IMG/VR virus record: IMGVR_UViG_3300020122_000155
Coordinates: 1 to 64,000 of that record
DNA: 64,000 nucleotides
Source of the DNA: a virus
Reading direction: 5' to 3' (one strand)
Of this stretch, positions 61,874 through 64,000 are shown piece by piece; position 1 is the stretch's first letter, and each line of letters begins with the position of its first letter. Below the pieces are notes generated by a model, which was given only the letters and a program-made list of their open reading frames with translations, was not told the origin of the DNA and ran no database searches. Both the position numbers and the translations under genes were made by a program.

Positions 61874-62069
61874 ATGACGAACAGCAATACGACTATGCCT
61901 TCTCCGTACCAATGGGAGAACCATCCGCAACACCCGGCGAAGAACGCATCGATGTAGATTACCGCACTGCAGCATACGCAGAAGCGGGGCAGATAAACCC
62001 TGATCCAGAGGAGTGGTCTCTAGCCACTTCGGAACAGATCGCAGCCGTAAAAAAGGAGCATACTGAAGC

Positions 62070-62417
62070 ATGACAACATTCGCAGAGGCCGCAAAAGTGG
62101 CAAAGGAATGCGATGGCACGGCCAGTCCGCTGCCAGAGTATAGAAGCCACAAGCACGTTTACGCACTTAAGATCAAGGAAGTTATTTCAGCGCCTAAGCC
62201 CACCATCGAAGAACTCGATGCAATTTTGAATGGCAACGGCCGCGAGGACATCGGGGGATTCATAGTCCCAGAAGATCGCTTTGCACCGATTGCAGTCAGT
62301 CGCGATTGGTTGTCGAAACATGAACCACAAGTTGGAGGCTATCTCGTATTTTACAAGGACGGCTACCGCTCTTTTTCACCTGCTCAAGCATTCGAGGAAG
62401 GATACACACGAGTATGA
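62070..62417 (+). CDS. Phage hypothetical protein
   Basis: Y.SHK.V.ALKI ... P..GGY.V.Y.DGY.SFSP..AFEEGY. Confidence 0.65.
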   Translation: MTTFAEAAKVAKECDGTASPLPEYRSHKHVYALKIKEVISAPKPTIEELDAILNGNGREDIGGFIVPEDRFAPIAVSRDWLSKHEPQVGGYLVFYKDGYRSFSPAQAFEEGYTRV

Positions 62418-63220
62418 GCACCATCCCCGGCACTTTTGCCCAACGACCGCCGACGCCCGCGACCTCGCCCTACGGCATGAGCGAGCTTTACCTATACGGC
62501 ATCTTCACCCGAGCATCGGCCAAGGCTGCGGGACTGCCAGAGAGTTGCACGCCGCCGTTCAACCCGGCACTGCCCGTCAAGAACTGGGTGGCCCTCGATG
62601 TGGACGACACGGATGTGAACTCGTTCCTGACGCTCAAGACGGTCAAGATGGGCGATGTCAGCCAAGTTGTGCTCCCGGCCAAGTTCGTCCCGTTCCTGAC
62701 GCAGGCGGGGCAGGCGAGCACGCTGAACCTGCCTGATGAAGCGGCGAGTTACCCGCCGTATGTGGTTGAGCCCACCGGAGCTTATGTGAACAACGGAGGG
62801 CCTATTAATCCTGAGTATTTGGCGACTCTGGAGCAGGCGCAGGAAATGCGTAAAGCGCTTGGCGCGGAGGGTGCGGCGATTGTGGCATGGCAACCGACCG
62901 GAGGGCCGGGAGGATTCCAGATCATCTATCCAGCAGATGAGCATCGCCGCTGGCTGCAATTCACGGACGGATTCGGCCAAGTCCAGACGGTGGGCGTGAT
63001 GCTCCGCGCCATGAACCAGAACGGCGTAGGCGCTCCCGGTCAGTGGGTGAACGATGGCAAGACGTGGCAGTGGCTCCCGACGCACTCAGCGCCGTCTGAC
63101 CCGCCGCACGGCCCGATCTTCCCGATGCCGATGGGCAGACTGCTGCCGGAAGAGAGCATTATCACGGAGTTCTCAATCGGCCCGATGATTTCAAACTCGA
63201 AGTTGCCGCAAGGCGTGTAA
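62414..63220 (+). CDS. Pro-rich hypothetical protein
   Basis: 268-aa ORF with ATGA overlap and biased codons. Confidence 0.6.
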   Translation: MSTIPGTFAQRPPTPATSPYGMSELYLYGIFTRASAKAAGLPESCTPPFNPALPVKNWVALDVDDTDVNSFLTLKTVKMGDVSQVVLPAKFVPFLTQAGQASTLNLPDEAASYPPYVVEPTGAYVNNGGPINPEYLATLEQAQEMRKALGAEGAAIVAWQPTGGPGGFQIIYPADEHRRWLQFTDGFGQVQTVGVMLRAMNQNGVGAPGQWVNDGKTWQWLPTHSAPSDPPHGPIFPMPMGRLLPEESIITEFSIGPMISNSKLPQGV

Positions 63221-63231
63221 GAATATTTTAT

Positions 63232-63384
63232 GCTGGCGTCAATCTTGATGATGAAGGATACGGGGCGTAGCGGTGAGGTTCCTTCGAAGTCCGACGCACG
63301 CCACAGGTAAGCAGCGTCAAAGAGACTGCAAGCACCTGATGGTGGAAACCTCAGCCGGGTTAGAACCGGCACGCCAGCCAACCA
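63232..63384 (+). ncRNA. Putative structured ncRNA with a tRNA-like closing domain
   Basis: GCUGGCGU/ACGCCAGC closing stem adjacent to a GCCGG-7nt-CCGGC hairpin; nested internal stems. Confidence 0.5.
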
Positions 63385-63645
63385 ATTTTAGTAAAGAGGA
63401 GACCAAATGTTAAAAACTGACCTGATCAAAGCAAAGCAGGACGTGGAGGCGGGGAATAGCGCCATCCAAAACGCGATCAACCGCTACGGATCACTTCTCG
63501 CGGAAGATAAGCGGCAGCAGTTCTTTGATTTCCTGCGGCTATTACAGCCGGAGTCAATGGGTGGAACGCACGGAAACGGTGTGCTAAACGAGTTCACGGC
63601 GGCGTTGCAGACGCTGATCGACTCGACGCCGGATGGGGAGTAGCC

Positions 63646-64000
63646 ATGCGAGAACTTACAGACCATATCGTGAGCGGCGATCAAGCTGTGCAGTTGAAGA
63701 TCGAAGTTACTGACGAGCCGGGGGCTGGGGGCGCAAACCATCGATACGAAATAACGGGCTTCGACACCAAGCCTAATCCCTCCGCGAAGGATCGCGCTGG
63801 CTATATGTCCAGCTATTCGCGGGAGTTGGTGCTGTTTCAGAATGGCCCAATCAAAGAGGCTGGCGTAAACGGCATAACGCAAGAAGCGCTACTGGCTATT
63901 GTGATTGACCGCCTGCGGAGTTTCCAGGCTGGCCCGTTCGCTTGCCGCGAGAATGCAATCTCGTTGACCCATTGCGAGGAAGCGCTGATGTGGCTCCAGC
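63646..64000 (+). CDS. tad1: Tad1-family anti-defence sponge protein (3' end beyond window)
   Basis: MRELTDH...PGAGGANHRY...FQNGPIKEAGVNGITQEALLAIVIDRLRSFQAGPFACRENAISLTHCEEALMWLQ. Confidence 0.8.
   Translation, partial: MRELTDHIVSGDQAVQLKIEVTDEPGAGGANHRYEITGFDTKPNPSAKDRAGYMSSYSRELVLFQNGPIKEAGVNGITQEALLAIVIDRLRSFQAGPFACRENAISLTHCEEALMWLQ

Noticed and set aside
1-64000. Genome-wide amber (TAG) recoding implied by the CUA tRNA
   Set aside because: Core genes are intact in code 11, and TAG ends normal genes (e.g. 25392, 28000, 63643).
1-64000. CRISPR array, integrase/att site, reverse transcriptase (DGR/retron), introns or inteins in terL/portal/capsid
   Set aside because: No repeat-spacer array, recombinase or RT motifs were seen; the structural ORFs are uninterrupted.

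Overview
The window is a 64-kb slice of a tailed dsDNA phage or prophage genome (Caudoviricetes). No integrase, tail tape-measure gene or genome end is visible. Layout: a minus-strand head/packaging module (1-26.7 kb: major capsid, scaffold, portal, TerL, TerS) punctuated by HNH homing endonucleases and a complete IS1595-family element with cargo genes; a plus-strand early/anti-defence-type block (26.9-32.5 kb); a minus-strand block (32.7-47.5 kb) with a TROVE/Ro60-like gene, an RRM protein, a PEP-CTERM protein and ERF/YqaJ recombination genes; and a plus-strand replication/accessory block (47.5-64 kb) ending in a Tad1-like sponge gene. Two RNA-centred loci stand out. (1) 49839-50443: a sigma70 promoter, then a Pth2-fold gene whose predicted leaderless start reads ATG-ACG-TAG-GTG (in-frame amber at codon 3). 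The ORF runs without a stop into a CUA-anticodon tRNA, followed by two anticodon-less CCA-ending tRNA mimics and an LSm/Hfq-like gene. This suggests an amber-suppressor-gated circuit. (2) 36583-37053: three Y-RNA-like tRNA mimics upstream of the TROVE gene share one conserved terminal stem, but each opens the tRNA at a different point (acceptor stem, anticodon loop, variable loop). Also noted: a 50-aa ORF enclosed by perfect 25-bp inverted repeats, and two unexplained structured intergenic RNAs. All protein calls come from motif recognition by eye; no database searches were run. A host in Acidobacteriota or a similar diderm phylum is only a guess.
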